Positions 20,099 to 29,481 of a DNA stretch of 51,729 bases are shown piece by piece. Origin of the DNA: Escherichia virus TH25; sequence record MT446399.1. One strand, 5' to 3'. The translations under genes were made by a program, and so were the position numbers. The notes beneath the pieces were generated by a model. The model searched no databases and had not been told where the DNA came from. It saw only the letters and a list, made by a program, of their open reading frames with translations. The first letter of the stretch is position 1, and each line of letters starts with the position of its first letter.

Positions 20099-21106
20099 TT
20101 AAATACCGGAGTTGATGGAGATTGCTGCCGGATACATTGCCTGGAAGCCAGCGAAACGGCCACGACCAGGTACTTCATAAACCAGGCCATGCAGCTGAAC
20201 TGGTTGCCAAGTTAACGGCAGCGGTTCACGCAGACGGAAGGTACGGTTGCCCATAGCTTCACGGCACACAACTACGAAGCAATCTGCACCAGAAGCACCG
20301 TGACCTTTGATTGCGTTCAGACCCTTGATTTTGTCGCGGGAGTTGATGAACTGGTTGTTGTCAATGAAGAACTGACCGATAGTCTTGTCAGACTGCTCAG
20401 AACGTGCGGTGTTGAAGATGTACTGCTCATGCTCAACAGGCATCCAGATTTCAGAAGGACGCATGATTTTCAGAGTAGATGCGTACATTGCAGACACGGC
20501 AGTGGTCAGGTCGGCAATAACTTCGGTCGGAGTCTTCTCGTTCCACTTAGTAGAATTGCTAGCACCCTGAGCAACAGTTGCTTTGGTGACGTCTGGGTTT
20601 TCGAAGAAGCCAACGAAGCCGTTAGCCTGGTCGCCGTACCATGCAGCGGAGTTAACATACTGCTCGTAACCACGAATCGCAGCATTTGCTTTACGAGTTT
20701 CCAGCGGCAGACCAGTTACAGCAGCAGATGCTACTTCATCAATGTCGTAGTCGAATGCAGTACCAACAGACTTAACTGTTACGCTGTATTCTTTACCAGA
20801 AATGCTGGACTTCGGCAGGTCGGTTGCACGGGCGTTGATTACCTGAGCTTTACCAACATGGTTGTATGAACGGTAGGTCAGCGTGTTAACACCAGCGCCG
20901 CCAGTAGTATCAACACCGAAAGCAGCACGAGCTTCCAGTTCAGGATACAGGGTGTCGTAAGTTTGAGCTTCAATGAACTCAAGCTGACGTTGAAAGAACA
21001 CTGCGTCGTCGTCATTCAAAACAACGGTGCCAGAGTCCTGGATACGGGTGATGGCATCATTCAGTTCAAATTCAGAACCGTCGGCCAGTTTAATCATCTT
21101 TGGCAT
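20099..21106 (-). CDS. Major capsid protein (putative)
   Basis: 335-aa ORF downstream of scaffold and decoration genes; size and position. Confidence 0.55.
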   Translation of the reverse strand: MPKMIKLADGSEFELNDAITRIQDSGTVVLNDDDAVFFQRQLEFIEAQTYDTLYPELEARAAFGVDTTGGAGVNTLTYRSYNHVGKAQVINARATDLPKSSISGKEYSVTVKSVGTAFDYDIDEVASAAVTGLPLETRKANAAIRGYEQYVNSAAWYGDQANGFVGFFENPDVTKATVAQGASNSTKWNEKTPTEVIADLTTAVSAMYASTLKIMRPSEIWMPVEHEQYIFNTARSEQSDKTIGQFFIDNNQFINSRDKIKGLNAIKGHGASGADCFVVVCREAMGNRTFRLREPLPLTWQPVQLHGLVYEVPGRGRFAGFQAMYPAAISINSGI

Positions 21107-21150
21107 TAAATTTATTCCATTAGGCGCAGATTATTCTACGCCAATTAAAC

Positions 21151-21402
21151 TTAAGGGTGCGTAATGGTGATTGCTTTAGTAGCAGTTACACCAGATGCAG
21201 TCTTATGGGTTGCTTTGATTGTTGCAGAGGTCGCAGTACCAATCGTCGCAGTTGCAACAGTTACAGTACCATTGGCCGCCACAGAGACTCCAGTGACCGC
21301 TGGGCCAACAGTGAAGTTGTAGTCGCTAGCAACAGAGTTTGCAAACGTAAACAGTTTATCAACAGTTACGGTAGCATTTGTAGTTGAAGCATCAGCAGTC
21401 AC
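21151..21402 (-). CDS. Ig-like (Big_2-type) domain ORF, probably expressed as a C-terminal extension by -1 frameshift
   Basis: 83 aa, Thr/Ala/Val-rich beta-strand pattern; ORF begins at GTG; its frame is open upstream through a Pro/Thr linker into the 3' end of the preceding gene. Confidence 0.5.
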   Translation of the reverse strand: MTADASTTNATVTVDKLFTFANSVASDYNFTVGPAVTGVSVAANGTVTVATATIGTATSATIKATHKTASGVTATKAITITHP

Positions 21403-21443
21403 AGCCGCCGCTACCGCAGTAACGGTCGGTGCTGGAGGTGGCG

Positions 21444-21917
21444 TTACGACTTTGGGACTACGTTAATCATGACCGGAACAACATCACCAGCAGCAGCCGG
21501 ATAACGCAGAGCAGTTAGGTTGGTTGCCTTAGTATAGCCAGCACCAACACCACCAAATTGACCAGTGGCAGATACGCCAATGTTCTTGTCAGTGATTGCA
21601 GTAACCAGTTTAACCATGATTGGGCCAGACAGCATGACGCCCAGAGGCCAGCCAGCTTTGATTGCAACAGTGCCGTCACCAGGACGGGTTGCAGATTCGA
21701 TGTTAATCTGGCGCATAGTAATGCCCAGAACAGTGCCGTCGGCTCCAATACCAGGCTTAACCTGGTTGGAAGCAGTACCCTGAACAACAGCTAAACCAAA
21801 GTTAGCCATTTCAGTTTCAGCATTGAAAGTCAGGCGTTGAGAGTTAGTGGTAGCCAGGCCATATTGCTCACCCGCATATGCTGCACCAGTATTAATAGAC
21901 CAATCTTGCTTTGGCAT
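21444..21917 (-). CDS. Head protein (decoration/capsid-associated candidate)
   Basis: 157-aa ORF between scaffold-like gene and major capsid gene; carries slippery site at its 3' end. Confidence 0.4.
   Translation of the reverse strand: MPKQDWSINTGAAYAGEQYGLATTNSQRLTFNAETEMANFGLAVVQGTASNQVKPGIGADGTVLGITMRQINIESATRPGDGTVAIKAGWPLGVMLSGPIMVKLVTAITDKNIGVSATGQFGGVGAGYTKATNLTALRYPAAAGDVVPVMINVVPKS
21450..21456 (-). other. Slippery heptanucleotide C CCA AAG (candidate -1 frameshift site)
   Basis: In-frame X XXY YYZ heptamer 3 codons before the stop; -1 frame continues PKVVTPPPAPTVTAVAAAVTADASTT... into the Ig-like ORF. Confidence 0.45.
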
Positions 21918-21926
21918 TGTCTTACC

Positions 21927-22877
21927 TTATAAAGAGTTGAAGCGTTCTAAACGACGTTTGTTAGCTTCTTCGGAAATAGAAACTTTAGGCTTACGAGCTT
22001 CTGAATCTTTCTGAGCAGTAAATTGCATAGATTGATTCAGGGCATCGCCCAAAGTAATGGAATCACAATCTTCAAGTGCCGCATCGAAACGAGCGGAGAT
22101 ATAATCTTCACTCTTGTCGCTGAAATCCTTGTCATGCAATTTATTAACTACAGCCAACTTAACTTCCGAATCGGACTTGCCGGAGAAATCAAGACTGGAG
22201 AACTCGTCGCCAAGACGGGCCACATCAATGAGAAGCGCTGTACGAGCAACAACACGTTTGTCTACCTCAGCCTGGATGGCTTCATCGGATAGTCGTGCAG
22301 TTTCTGCATCAGCAAGTTTCTGCTCAAGGGTGCTAACCTTGTCAAGCGCTGCATCACGCTCTGCTTCAACAACATCAAAGGTTGCTTTATCAACAATGGA
22401 AATCTCTTCACCAGAGTCACCAATGCGAGTAGTCTGGGCGCGACCACGAACAACAATTGCAGCATGGTTAGGGATAATACGAACTTTGTCGAAGTCTGCA
22501 TCAGCATCTTCTGCAACAGCCAATTCTGCATTATGGCCCAGGGAGATTTGGTCAACACCAGAATCAACTAATCGAATAGCTTGCTCGTCATTCAAAACGA
22601 TTGATGCAGCCAAGAAAGAGCCGTCTGCAATTGGACGACCTTCGATAAACCCTTTCTGGAGTTCTTTGTTGTTCTTGATATTGACGTCATCTTTTGGATG
22701 ACCGATAGTAACCGGAATTGAACGACAACCTTCAATGGTTGCTTCATCAAATAATACTTCCGGCTTGGTGCGAACACGGCAAATAGATTCTGGGTCCAGA
22801 TGTTTTGCAATCTCACCAAGTTCTTTCGCTTTGTACAGCATAATGCCAGTACGAGCGATGGTGCATTCTGCAATCAT
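21927..22877 (-). CDS. Head scaffolding / maturation protein (putative)
   Basis: ORF 21927..23165 overlaps the portal gene; first ATG after the portal stop is at 22877; acidic, helical C-terminal half. Confidence 0.35.
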   Translation of the reverse strand: MIAECTIARTGIMLYKAKELGEIAKHLDPESICRVRTKPEVLFDEATIEGCRSIPVTIGHPKDDVNIKNNKELQKGFIEGRPIADGSFLAASIVLNDEQAIRLVDSGVDQISLGHNAELAVAEDADADFDKVRIIPNHAAIVVRGRAQTTRIGDSGEEISIVDKATFDVVEAERDAALDKVSTLEQKLADAETARLSDEAIQAEVDKRVVARTALLIDVARLGDEFSSLDFSGKSDSEVKLAVVNKLHDKDFSDKSEDYISARFDAALEDCDSITLGDALNQSMQFTAQKDSEARKPKVSISEEANKRRLERFNSL

Positions 22878-22959
22878 TTCGCCAGAGTCACGTAAACGAC
22901 GGGTCGTCAGAGTAGCTTTGTCGGTTAACAAAACTACTTCATTCACGGTATCTTCGTCG

Positions 22960-24276
22960 TTAAGCTGAACCAGGTTTTGGCTTTGCTTCACTTGCGTTAC
23001 CCTTTTGGATGTTAGGAGGTTTAGGATTTGGCTTTCCGAGGTCACAAGTTCCGAACACGCCCGAATGGAACATGACTTCGTTTGCAACTTCTGTAGTAAT
23101 GGTTCCATTGTTAACCAACAGGTCAACAGCGAATGCCAAATCTTTAGCTCGCTTCGCTTTCTCAACGTTGGATTCAGGGAAGATATCTAACCATTCATAG
23201 TCATATTCTTCAATGCCAAAGTGCGCCTGGACAATCTTATCTACCACATCTAAACGTGGGTCAAAGACAGAAGTCTGCAAGCCTGTCAACAAGTCGATAT
23301 AGTTTACGAGGTCAGATTCGCCCGTAGCGTTCATACCGTCTGGAGATGCAGAAAGGAAACGTGTAGCCGGAATACCAACTGCGGCAGCAACTATCTTTAA
23401 GTATTCCCAAATCAAATCTTTCACACCAGATAGTGCAATTGACTTGGTGTCATACTTCTCAGTGTTGTCGAGAATTAGGACATTATAAATACTCTTTGCC
23501 AGCTTCATGAGTTTGAAGCGCTTCATCACAGCAGCTTCACCTTCCGGTGATGTAAGCAGAGATTGTAAGCCTTCAACAGTTACCACATCAATTGTGGCTT
23601 CCTGCGCTAAACTGGCAGCAGCAGCAGCGGTTGTATAAAATTGGTCAATCGTTTTCAGCAGTGGAATAAGTACCGAATCAGAATACCACATGTTACGTTG
23701 GAATTCGAACAGTGGCAGTTCAGTACCCTCGAACCGAAGGAAACGAGTGTAGTGGATATAGCCGGGATACCCCGCCAAAGTGTAAAACTCTGGCAAACCA
23801 TAATGAGGACTCAGAGGGTCCAACACCATAGTTCCTGCGGCAAATAAGCGTGAGCGGTCAATAACTCTCATGGATTTAATACATCCAGTCTTCAAGTTAT
23901 CCAGACGCAATGGTGTATCAAGTTTACCCGTCCCTTTCAGGTCGAGTAATACAAATGAAGTCCCATAGAGTCTGGCCCATTGATATGCTTCACGGAACAG
24001 TTTGCGGATACGAAGTTTCTTATCTGCTTTACGTCCTTCTTCACTATCAATATGTCGCCACTTACGCGTCATGTCTTGAGGAATGACAGTGCACACTTTC
24101 TGCGATACCCAATCCTCACGGAAGCGGTTCATTAGTTCGCGATAGTTCGCGTTCTTATTGGAGAAAGACCACTGGTTAAAAGTAGACTTATCTGCCTGAC
24201 CGCCCAACCCCGTTACAAGGTTTTCTAATCCATCCGCAACTTTGACAGAGAGATTGTTTTTCTTTTTGGAAGTCAT
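22960..24276 (-). CDS. Portal protein (putative)
   Basis: 438-aa ORF downstream of terminase and upstream of scaffold-like gene. Confidence 0.55.
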   Translation of the reverse strand: MTSKKKNNLSVKVADGLENLVTGLGGQADKSTFNQWSFSNKNANYRELMNRFREDWVSQKVCTVIPQDMTRKWRHIDSEEGRKADKKLRIRKLFREAYQWARLYGTSFVLLDLKGTGKLDTPLRLDNLKTGCIKSMRVIDRSRLFAAGTMVLDPLSPHYGLPEFYTLAGYPGYIHYTRFLRFEGTELPLFEFQRNMWYSDSVLIPLLKTIDQFYTTAAAAASLAQEATIDVVTVEGLQSLLTSPEGEAAVMKRFKLMKLAKSIYNVLILDNTEKYDTKSIALSGVKDLIWEYLKIVAAAVGIPATRFLSASPDGMNATGESDLVNYIDLLTGLQTSVFDPRLDVVDKIVQAHFGIEEYDYEWLDIFPESNVEKAKRAKDLAFAVDLLVNNGTITTEVANEVMFHSGVFGTCDLGKPNPKPPNIQKGNASEAKPKPGSA

Positions 24277-24488
24277 TATTTCTTCCTTAGAACAGTTCCA
24301 TTACCTTTAACAATTTGAATGTTGTCGGAGGTGTGGAGTCGCAGATTTGACTCGTGCTTTAACTTAACACAGTCACTCTCTGTGGTAGAAACTGCCTCAA
24401 TCACGCACAGAATGTTCCCTTCCAAATCTTGAATCTGGAGGGAGTTGTTCTTGCGGGAGCGGGCATCTAATCGAGTGATTACCGCCAT
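24276..24488 (-). CDS. Small protein, function unknown
   Basis: ATG at 24488 immediately after terminase stop; TAATG overlap with portal start. Confidence 0.3.
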   Translation of the reverse strand: MAVITRLDARSRKNNSLQIQDLEGNILCVIEAVSTTESDCVKLKHESNLRLHTSDNIQIVKGNGTVLRKK

Positions 24489-24489
24489 A

Positions 24490-26508
24490 TTACATCCATG
24501 CCGAGTAGTTGGCACTTGGGCCGGAGAATTCGATTGCAACCATATCTGAAACGTTATCGACACAATCGTCGTGTCCAGTACCACTACCCAAAGAAGTGAA
24601 TCCAAGTATTTCACGTCTAACGTGGTCAATGTGTTCATGACCAGCAGGGAAGAATATCCTCTTTTGAGAGAAATATGGGATTGCGTTAAGGAATCGAGTT
24701 ACCTTGTCATTACCGTTAATGCCATCGCGAGGCAGTGGTAAGACTCGGACACTCCCATCTCTAATAAATTGTTGGTTCAAGAACTGTCCAGCAGACTTAT
24801 CTTCCATGTACAAAGCACGAGGAATGCAGCCTACATATTTCAAATCCAACTTATTGCATTTATTCCAGAAGTCGATAATAGCAGTCTTGAGTTCTGGAGT
24901 TTCAAACTTACCGAGCATGATATCTAAACAATAAACATCACGCTCTTTAGTCACGCCCCAATGCTTAAGGACCGAATAGTCAGAATAAGACTTGGCAGTT
25001 GATGCCGTGTCAGCAGTAATGAAACTTCTAACTATGCGACTTCTGTCGAAAGCGTCTGGCTCATACTCTTGCCACCAATCTTCTTTAACAAGGCCATGAC
25101 CTTGAGCAGATGGGTCGCCAGCATACTGTGAATTGTATGTGTATGGGTTCGACTCTTTCATTGCCTCCAGAGATTCTAAACTCTTACGTGAAGGCCACAA
25201 TGCAGACTTCTCTTCTTTCCTGTTCAAATCATAGAGAATAGGGATAGCATGAGTGTAGTTCTGCTTCTTAATTAATTTGTCGTACCACTGAGCACTGCCA
25301 ACACCTTTCTCAATAATCGCTGGGATATTGAGATAATGGTATTTATCAGAGGAACCACCACGGAGTATATAACCAACTAAATCTTGGTCATGAACTCGCT
25401 GCATGATGATAACCATTGGAGTACGTGAACACTTAATTTGGTTTCCACGGGAATCGGTTATGCACCCATCATTGGCAAGACGGGACATAAAGGTGTTATC
25501 AAATCGGTCGTTGATTTCTGCTCGAACTGTGTCAGAGTAGGCATCCTTCGGTTTGATAACGTCATCCACCACAAAGCAACCGGAGTAGTTTGCAACAAGA
25601 AGTCCAGCACCTTTACCGGTTAGCTTACCACCAGTAGGTACTGCGTGCATAACTCCAGCTTTGGTCGTACCCCAGCGTTCAAGGGAACGTTTGTTAGGGT
25701 CGATTCTCACCTTCGGGAATATGCGTTGGAACAGTGGGTCCAGCATTACTGCACGGATGTAACCACTAGATTCCAATACAACGTCTTCTGCATAGGAGGT
25801 GATAATGTTGTGGCTCGATTCATTGTGGCAGAATGAATACAGTGGTAGTGCAATACTCATAAGCTGAGTCTTGGAATGTCGTGGTGGAATGGTGACAATT
25901 AGTCGGTCAATCTCACCATCAACAACTTTCTGACCTACTTTGAATATTACATCGTGAAAGTCTTGAGACTGGAATGGGAATCCCATTTGAATATGGAACT
26001 GCCATTTACCGAAGGCTTCAAAACTCTTCATTAAAACTTTACGGACTTGTTCTGCAACCTTGGCTGGGATTACAGTTGGGTCAACGTTGTGTGGGTCATG
26101 TAGGATTTTATCAACAAGCTCTTGTGTATTGTCGTGTTCAGAAGTTGGCTCTTCTAAAGTCGAACCAGCTACACGGTCAGATACACCAGCTTGGATTCCT
26201 TTCTTCAACTCGTCGGCATACGCAGTTGAATCTTTCTTATCGCCAGAGCGAAGACGCTCAAGTTGTGCACGGAAAACGGAACGCAATACAGCATCGTTTT
26301 CCAGACCCTGGCCTTCTAACTCTGCTTGAATTTGTTCTTCATAGCTGTCAACTATCGCAGAGTTTTCTGAAATATATCGACGGAGCAATGGCAAAGATAG
26401 AATGCAGAATCTTTCTCTTGAGACTTTTAATACGTCACCGTAGTGTTTGGCAAGATACGAGGCTACTGTATCATTAAACTCCGGTCCGAGGTCATCAGTC
26501 TTTGACAT
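24490..26508 (-). CDS. Terminase large subunit
   Basis: ATPase Walker A-like block (TIPPRHSKTQ), Walker B-like (CFVVDDVIKP) and C-terminal nuclease region; track ORF begins at GTG 26535, first ATG at 26508. Confidence 0.8.
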   Translation of the reverse strand: MSKTDDLGPEFNDTVASYLAKHYGDVLKVSRERFCILSLPLLRRYISENSAIVDSYEEQIQAELEGQGLENDAVLRSVFRAQLERLRSGDKKDSTAYADELKKGIQAGVSDRVAGSTLEEPTSEHDNTQELVDKILHDPHNVDPTVIPAKVAEQVRKVLMKSFEAFGKWQFHIQMGFPFQSQDFHDVIFKVGQKVVDGEIDRLIVTIPPRHSKTQLMSIALPLYSFCHNESSHNIITSYAEDVVLESSGYIRAVMLDPLFQRIFPKVRIDPNKRSLERWGTTKAGVMHAVPTGGKLTGKGAGLLVANYSGCFVVDDVIKPKDAYSDTVRAEINDRFDNTFMSRLANDGCITDSRGNQIKCSRTPMVIIMQRVHDQDLVGYILRGGSSDKYHYLNIPAIIEKGVGSAQWYDKLIKKQNYTHAIPILYDLNRKEEKSALWPSRKSLESLEAMKESNPYTYNSQYAGDPSAQGHGLVKEDWWQEYEPDAFDRSRIVRSFITADTASTAKSYSDYSVLKHWGVTKERDVYCLDIMLGKFETPELKTAIIDFWNKCNKLDLKYVGCIPRALYMEDKSAGQFLNQQFIRDGSVRVLPLPRDGINGNDKVTRFLNAIPYFSQKRIFFPAGHEHIDHVRREILGFTSLGSGTGHDDCVDNVSDMVAIEFSGPSANYSAWM

Positions 26509-26527
26509 TGATTCGTTCTCTTTGGTT

Positions 26528-26713
26528 TTAATCACAATCCACTAATGGTTGAGTTTGCACGGGATTGATGCGAATGATGTTGCCCAAACTAGAATCAGCT
26601 TTTAAAATCAGTCGATTTAGTGGCATGAATGAATCACAGATGGGACATTGTTGGGTGATGAAATCATCCTCTGCCACTTCATAATGGCAGTTACTACATT
26701 GAATTGTGCGCAT
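26528..26713 (-). CDS. Zinc-ribbon small protein
   Basis: 61 aa with CxxC...CxxC pairs; GGAG 9 nt upstream of ATG. Confidence 0.3.
   Translation of the reverse strand: MRTIQCSNCHYEVAEDDFITQQCPICDSFMPLNRLILKADSSLGNIIRINPVQTQPLVDCD
26533..26548 (-). promoter_or_regulatory. Variant copy of recurrent intergenic motif (+ strand CACAATCCACTAATGG)
   Basis: Resembles consensus CACATCCAACTAATG with one indel; lies about 25 bp upstream of terminase ATG. Confidence 0.25.
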
Positions 26714-26732
26714 AAGCGACTCCGAATAAGAT

Positions 26733-26750
26733 AGGAGGCCAGATAGCCTC
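26733..26750 (-). terminator. Hairpin GGAGGC-n6-GCCTCC (weak intrinsic terminator/attenuator candidate)
   Basis: 6-bp GC-rich stem followed on the minus strand by TATCTTATT. Confidence 0.25.
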
Positions 26751-26767
26751 CCTATTATGCGTGCCGC

Positions 26768-27097
26768 TTAATATTTAATATCGCTCCAATCCATATCTTT
26801 AAAGAAATCTTCAAGATACTGTTGGGTAGAACCAACAACCACCACAATCTTAAATGGCAGTATTAGCGGCTTTACAGCCGACATTAAATCTTCGCGCCCA
26901 CGCTTGATACGTTCGACGTTCTTGATTGTATTTTCACCACGAGGAAGCATGAAAACGATAACATCCGCACCTGTTTCATTGCGCGTTGCAAGTGCACGGG
27001 TGAGATAAGTACCACCGCCAGTTGAAGTGACGGTGGATTTCAAATATGCAAACTTGACTTTGCGATTATTTACAACAACAGGTGAGGACAGTTTCAT
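26768..27097 (-). CDS. Hypothetical protein
   Basis: 109-aa ORF in replication module. Confidence 0.35.
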   Translation of the reverse strand: MKLSSPVVVNNRKVKFAYLKSTVTSTGGGTYLTRALATRNETGADVIVFMLPRGENTIKNVERIKRGREDLMSAVKPLILPFKIVVVVGSTQQYLEDFFKDMDWSDIKY

Positions 27098-27126
27098 TCA
27101 GATAGGTTCCAAATAGTTACTAATTA

Positions 27127-27579
27127 CTAAACTCGTCCAGTTGAACCAAACCCACCTTCACCACGAACAGTGGAATTTAAGTGGTCAACTTCAACGAAAT
27201 GGTGTTGAGTAGCTTTACTAACTTGCACTTGACAAACACGTTCGCCTGGTTGAATAACAAAGGCTGTGTCCGAGTCGTTGTGCAGCTTAACCATAAGATT
27301 ACCGCGATAGTCGGAATCCAGAATGCCTGTGCAGTTTGCAAGGCGAATACCAGACTTAAAGCCATGACCAGAACGGCTATGCACTTTGAGTTCGTATCCA
27401 ATTGGTACTTCGAACTGGAGGCCAGTATCGACAACAACAGAAGAGCCGGGATTGATAACAACAGTGGTATCGGATACAGTACAAACATCAGCAGCAGCAG
27501 CGCCAGCTGTAGCATACACAGGTAATTTCGCATTAGGGTGTACTCGTTTAACTGCAACAACTTGGGTCATACAAGACAT
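27127..27579 (-). CDS. dut: dUTP diphosphatase (dUTPase)
   Basis: 150 aa; dUTPase motifs RSGHGFK, GILDSDYRGNL, VIQPGERVCQ, RGEGGFGSTG. Confidence 0.85.
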   Translation of the reverse strand: MSCMTQVVAVKRVHPNAKLPVYATAGAAAADVCTVSDTTVVINPGSSVVVDTGLQFEVPIGYELKVHSRSGHGFKSGIRLANCTGILDSDYRGNLMVKLHNDSDTAFVIQPGERVCQVQVSKATQHHFVEVDHLNSTVRGEGGFGSTGRV

Positions 27580-27581
27580 GG

Positions 27582-28208
27582 TTATTTCTCTACTTGATAA
27601 GTTATGCGCTCAATCCAGTTGAACACTTTGAATACAGAATCTTCCACCTTACCATCAATTAGATGTTCATCCACTGTTACGCGGGTAGGTGTGTTTGGGA
27701 GGTTGATGTATCTGCGAGAATCGCCCGCGAAATCAAAACCATCACGATGCAAACGCACAATGATGACGAAATCATAAGCAGACTCAACGGCAACGACTTC
27801 ATCGCCAAAACCGCCATCGGGATAAATGACATTAATAACGCCACCCATACGCCCCGCGAGTTCTTTAACACGAGCAGCTTCAACATTGCCGAAGTAGTCC
27901 TGTCCGTGACGAGGTTTATAGATGTCTTCACTAACATGAATAAGAGCTTGGCGAGGTGTTCTGCCACCCAGACCTGCAAGGGAGATAGAGTCTTTGAGGT
28001 CACGGTCCGAAGCGTAGTGAATAAACTTGTCCACATCAACTTGAAAGTGTTTGGCAGTATGCTCATACAGTGCATCCTTAAACTGGTGTTTAGTGAATCG
28101 GCGCTTACCGAGAAAGTATGATTCCTCAGCAGCAACTATCTTGTTGGCAATTGTATCTTTACCACAGCCAGGTGGGCCATTAAGAATGACAGCTAAACGC
28201 TTAATCAA
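27582..28208 (-). CDS. P-loop nucleotide kinase (dNMP kinase-like)
   Basis: Walker A GPPGCGKDT; track ORF runs to 28310 but TTG at 28208 has GAGGAAA 5 nt upstream and sits 8 nt from the upstream stop. Confidence 0.45.
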   Translation of the reverse strand: MIKRLAVILNGPPGCGKDTIANKIVAAEESYFLGKRRFTKHQFKDALYEHTAKHFQVDVDKFIHYASDRDLKDSISLAGLGGRTPRQALIHVSEDIYKPRHGQDYFGNVEAARVKELAGRMGGVINVIYPDGGFGDEVVAVESAYDFVIIVRLHRDGFDFAGDSRRYINLPNTPTRVTVDEHLIDGKVEDSVFKVFNWIERITYQVEK

Positions 28209-28956
28209 AACTTTCCTCACTCTTGTCTGTGCGAAGACGTACCAAAGAAGGGAAGCGGAATTTGCCAGCTTCTGTCTTCTCACGATATCGAACTTGCATA
28301 ATCGAACCAACTAGCTCGTTACGATGTGCCCACAACCACTTACGGATTTCAGTGTTTGACTCTGGAATACCGTGGTCTGCCAGACAATCTTTCACCATCG
28401 AACCAGCACTGCCGTAGTTAGAGGAGATAGAGCCACACATACCTTTGAGAGCACCAGTACCTTCTTTCATACCAGTAATCTTCACATCGGCGTATTTGTA
28501 TGGTACAATCTTCCACCACTTACCTTTTGCATCACGGACAATGATACCTTCATGACCAAGCGCCAGATATTTATCCATCAATGCCTTAAGGTTTTCATTG
28601 CTTGGGTCTTTGCACCAGCCGATGTACAGGCGTGGGTCAACAGCACCATCACTCAACTCATACACATTGTCCTGGGTTAGGGGGATGCTTGGCGGGTCAA
28701 TACGTCCGAGGATGCTAGAAGTCTCATTCCAACTATTACGGAATATCTCAGCATCTCTGAACTGTAAGTGGTCCAAATGAGGTAGGGGTTTGGAATTACG
28801 ACTCCAGACACTACCTGATTTATTACGGATAGCTCGAATTCCGTCAATCTTGATGAAGAGTTCACAGCGCCCTTTGATACGGCAGTCTGGGTCTTCCCAA
28901 TCATGTGCGTGAGCCTTTGTGTATCTTGTACCATCATCGAGGAGCTTAATAGACAT
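28201..28956 (-). CDS. ATP-dependent DNA ligase (compact)
   Basis: 251 aa; adenylation motif I KIDGIR and EGIIVRDAKGKWWKIVP block. Confidence 0.7.
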   Translation of the reverse strand: MSIKLLDDGTRYTKAHAHDWEDPDCRIKGRCELFIKIDGIRAIRNKSGSVWSRNSKPLPHLDHLQFRDAEIFRNSWNETSSILGRIDPPSIPLTQDNVYELSDGAVDPRLYIGWCKDPSNENLKALMDKYLALGHEGIIVRDAKGKWWKIVPYKYADVKITGMKEGTGALKGMCGSISSNYGSAGSMVKDCLADHGIPESNTEIRKWLWAHRNELVGSIMQVRYREKTEAGKFRFPSLVRLRTDKSEESFD

Positions 28957-29470
28957 TAAGATTCTTTCTCAGGTATTCTCGAACAGCATTCTTGCGTCCG
29001 ATTTTGGTTTTAGGAACTGGCTCTATTTTAGCAAGATTGCACTTGGCAATTTGCTCTTCGTCAGACAATTTGGCAAATGCAATACACTTCTTCTCAATGA
29101 CTGCATCACGTCGTGATACACCATATCGTTCCATGTATGTGATAATGCCGTGACAATCTTTACACAGCAACTCCAAATCTTCTGGCTGAACCAGTAGAAG
29201 GTTGTCCACAAAGCGGTGCAGGTCTTCCAACTTAAGGAGGCCACCAACTTGAACTTTGTGGTTTACTTCAATCTCTTTGAGCTTATACAACTTCTTGCAA
29301 TGGTAGCATTGAATGTGGAAGATTGGTTTCTTTGAGTCACCGACCTTCAATGCAATGCGTCGAGATTGTATCAGCGCGAGTTTGCTTGGGTGTTTAGACC
29401 AAACACTGCGAATAGCAGACTGGAGCCAAGAAATAAACTTGGCTTCCGTTCCACAATAACCGTAAGCCAT
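28946..29470 (-). CDS. HNH-family endonuclease (putative homing endonuclease)
   Basis: 174 aa; paired Cys motifs (CYHCKK, CKDCHG) flanking an EVNHKV block. Confidence 0.45.
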   Translation of the reverse strand: MAYGYCGTEAKFISWLQSAIRSVWSKHPSKLALIQSRRIALKVGDSKKPIFHIQCYHCKKLYKLKEIEVNHKVQVGGLLKLEDLHRFVDNLLLVQPEDLELLCKDCHGIITYMERYGVSRRDAVIEKKCIAFAKLSDEEQIAKCNLAKIEPVPKTKIGRKNAVREYLRKNLNVY

Positions 29471-29481
29471 TTCAACTCCAA

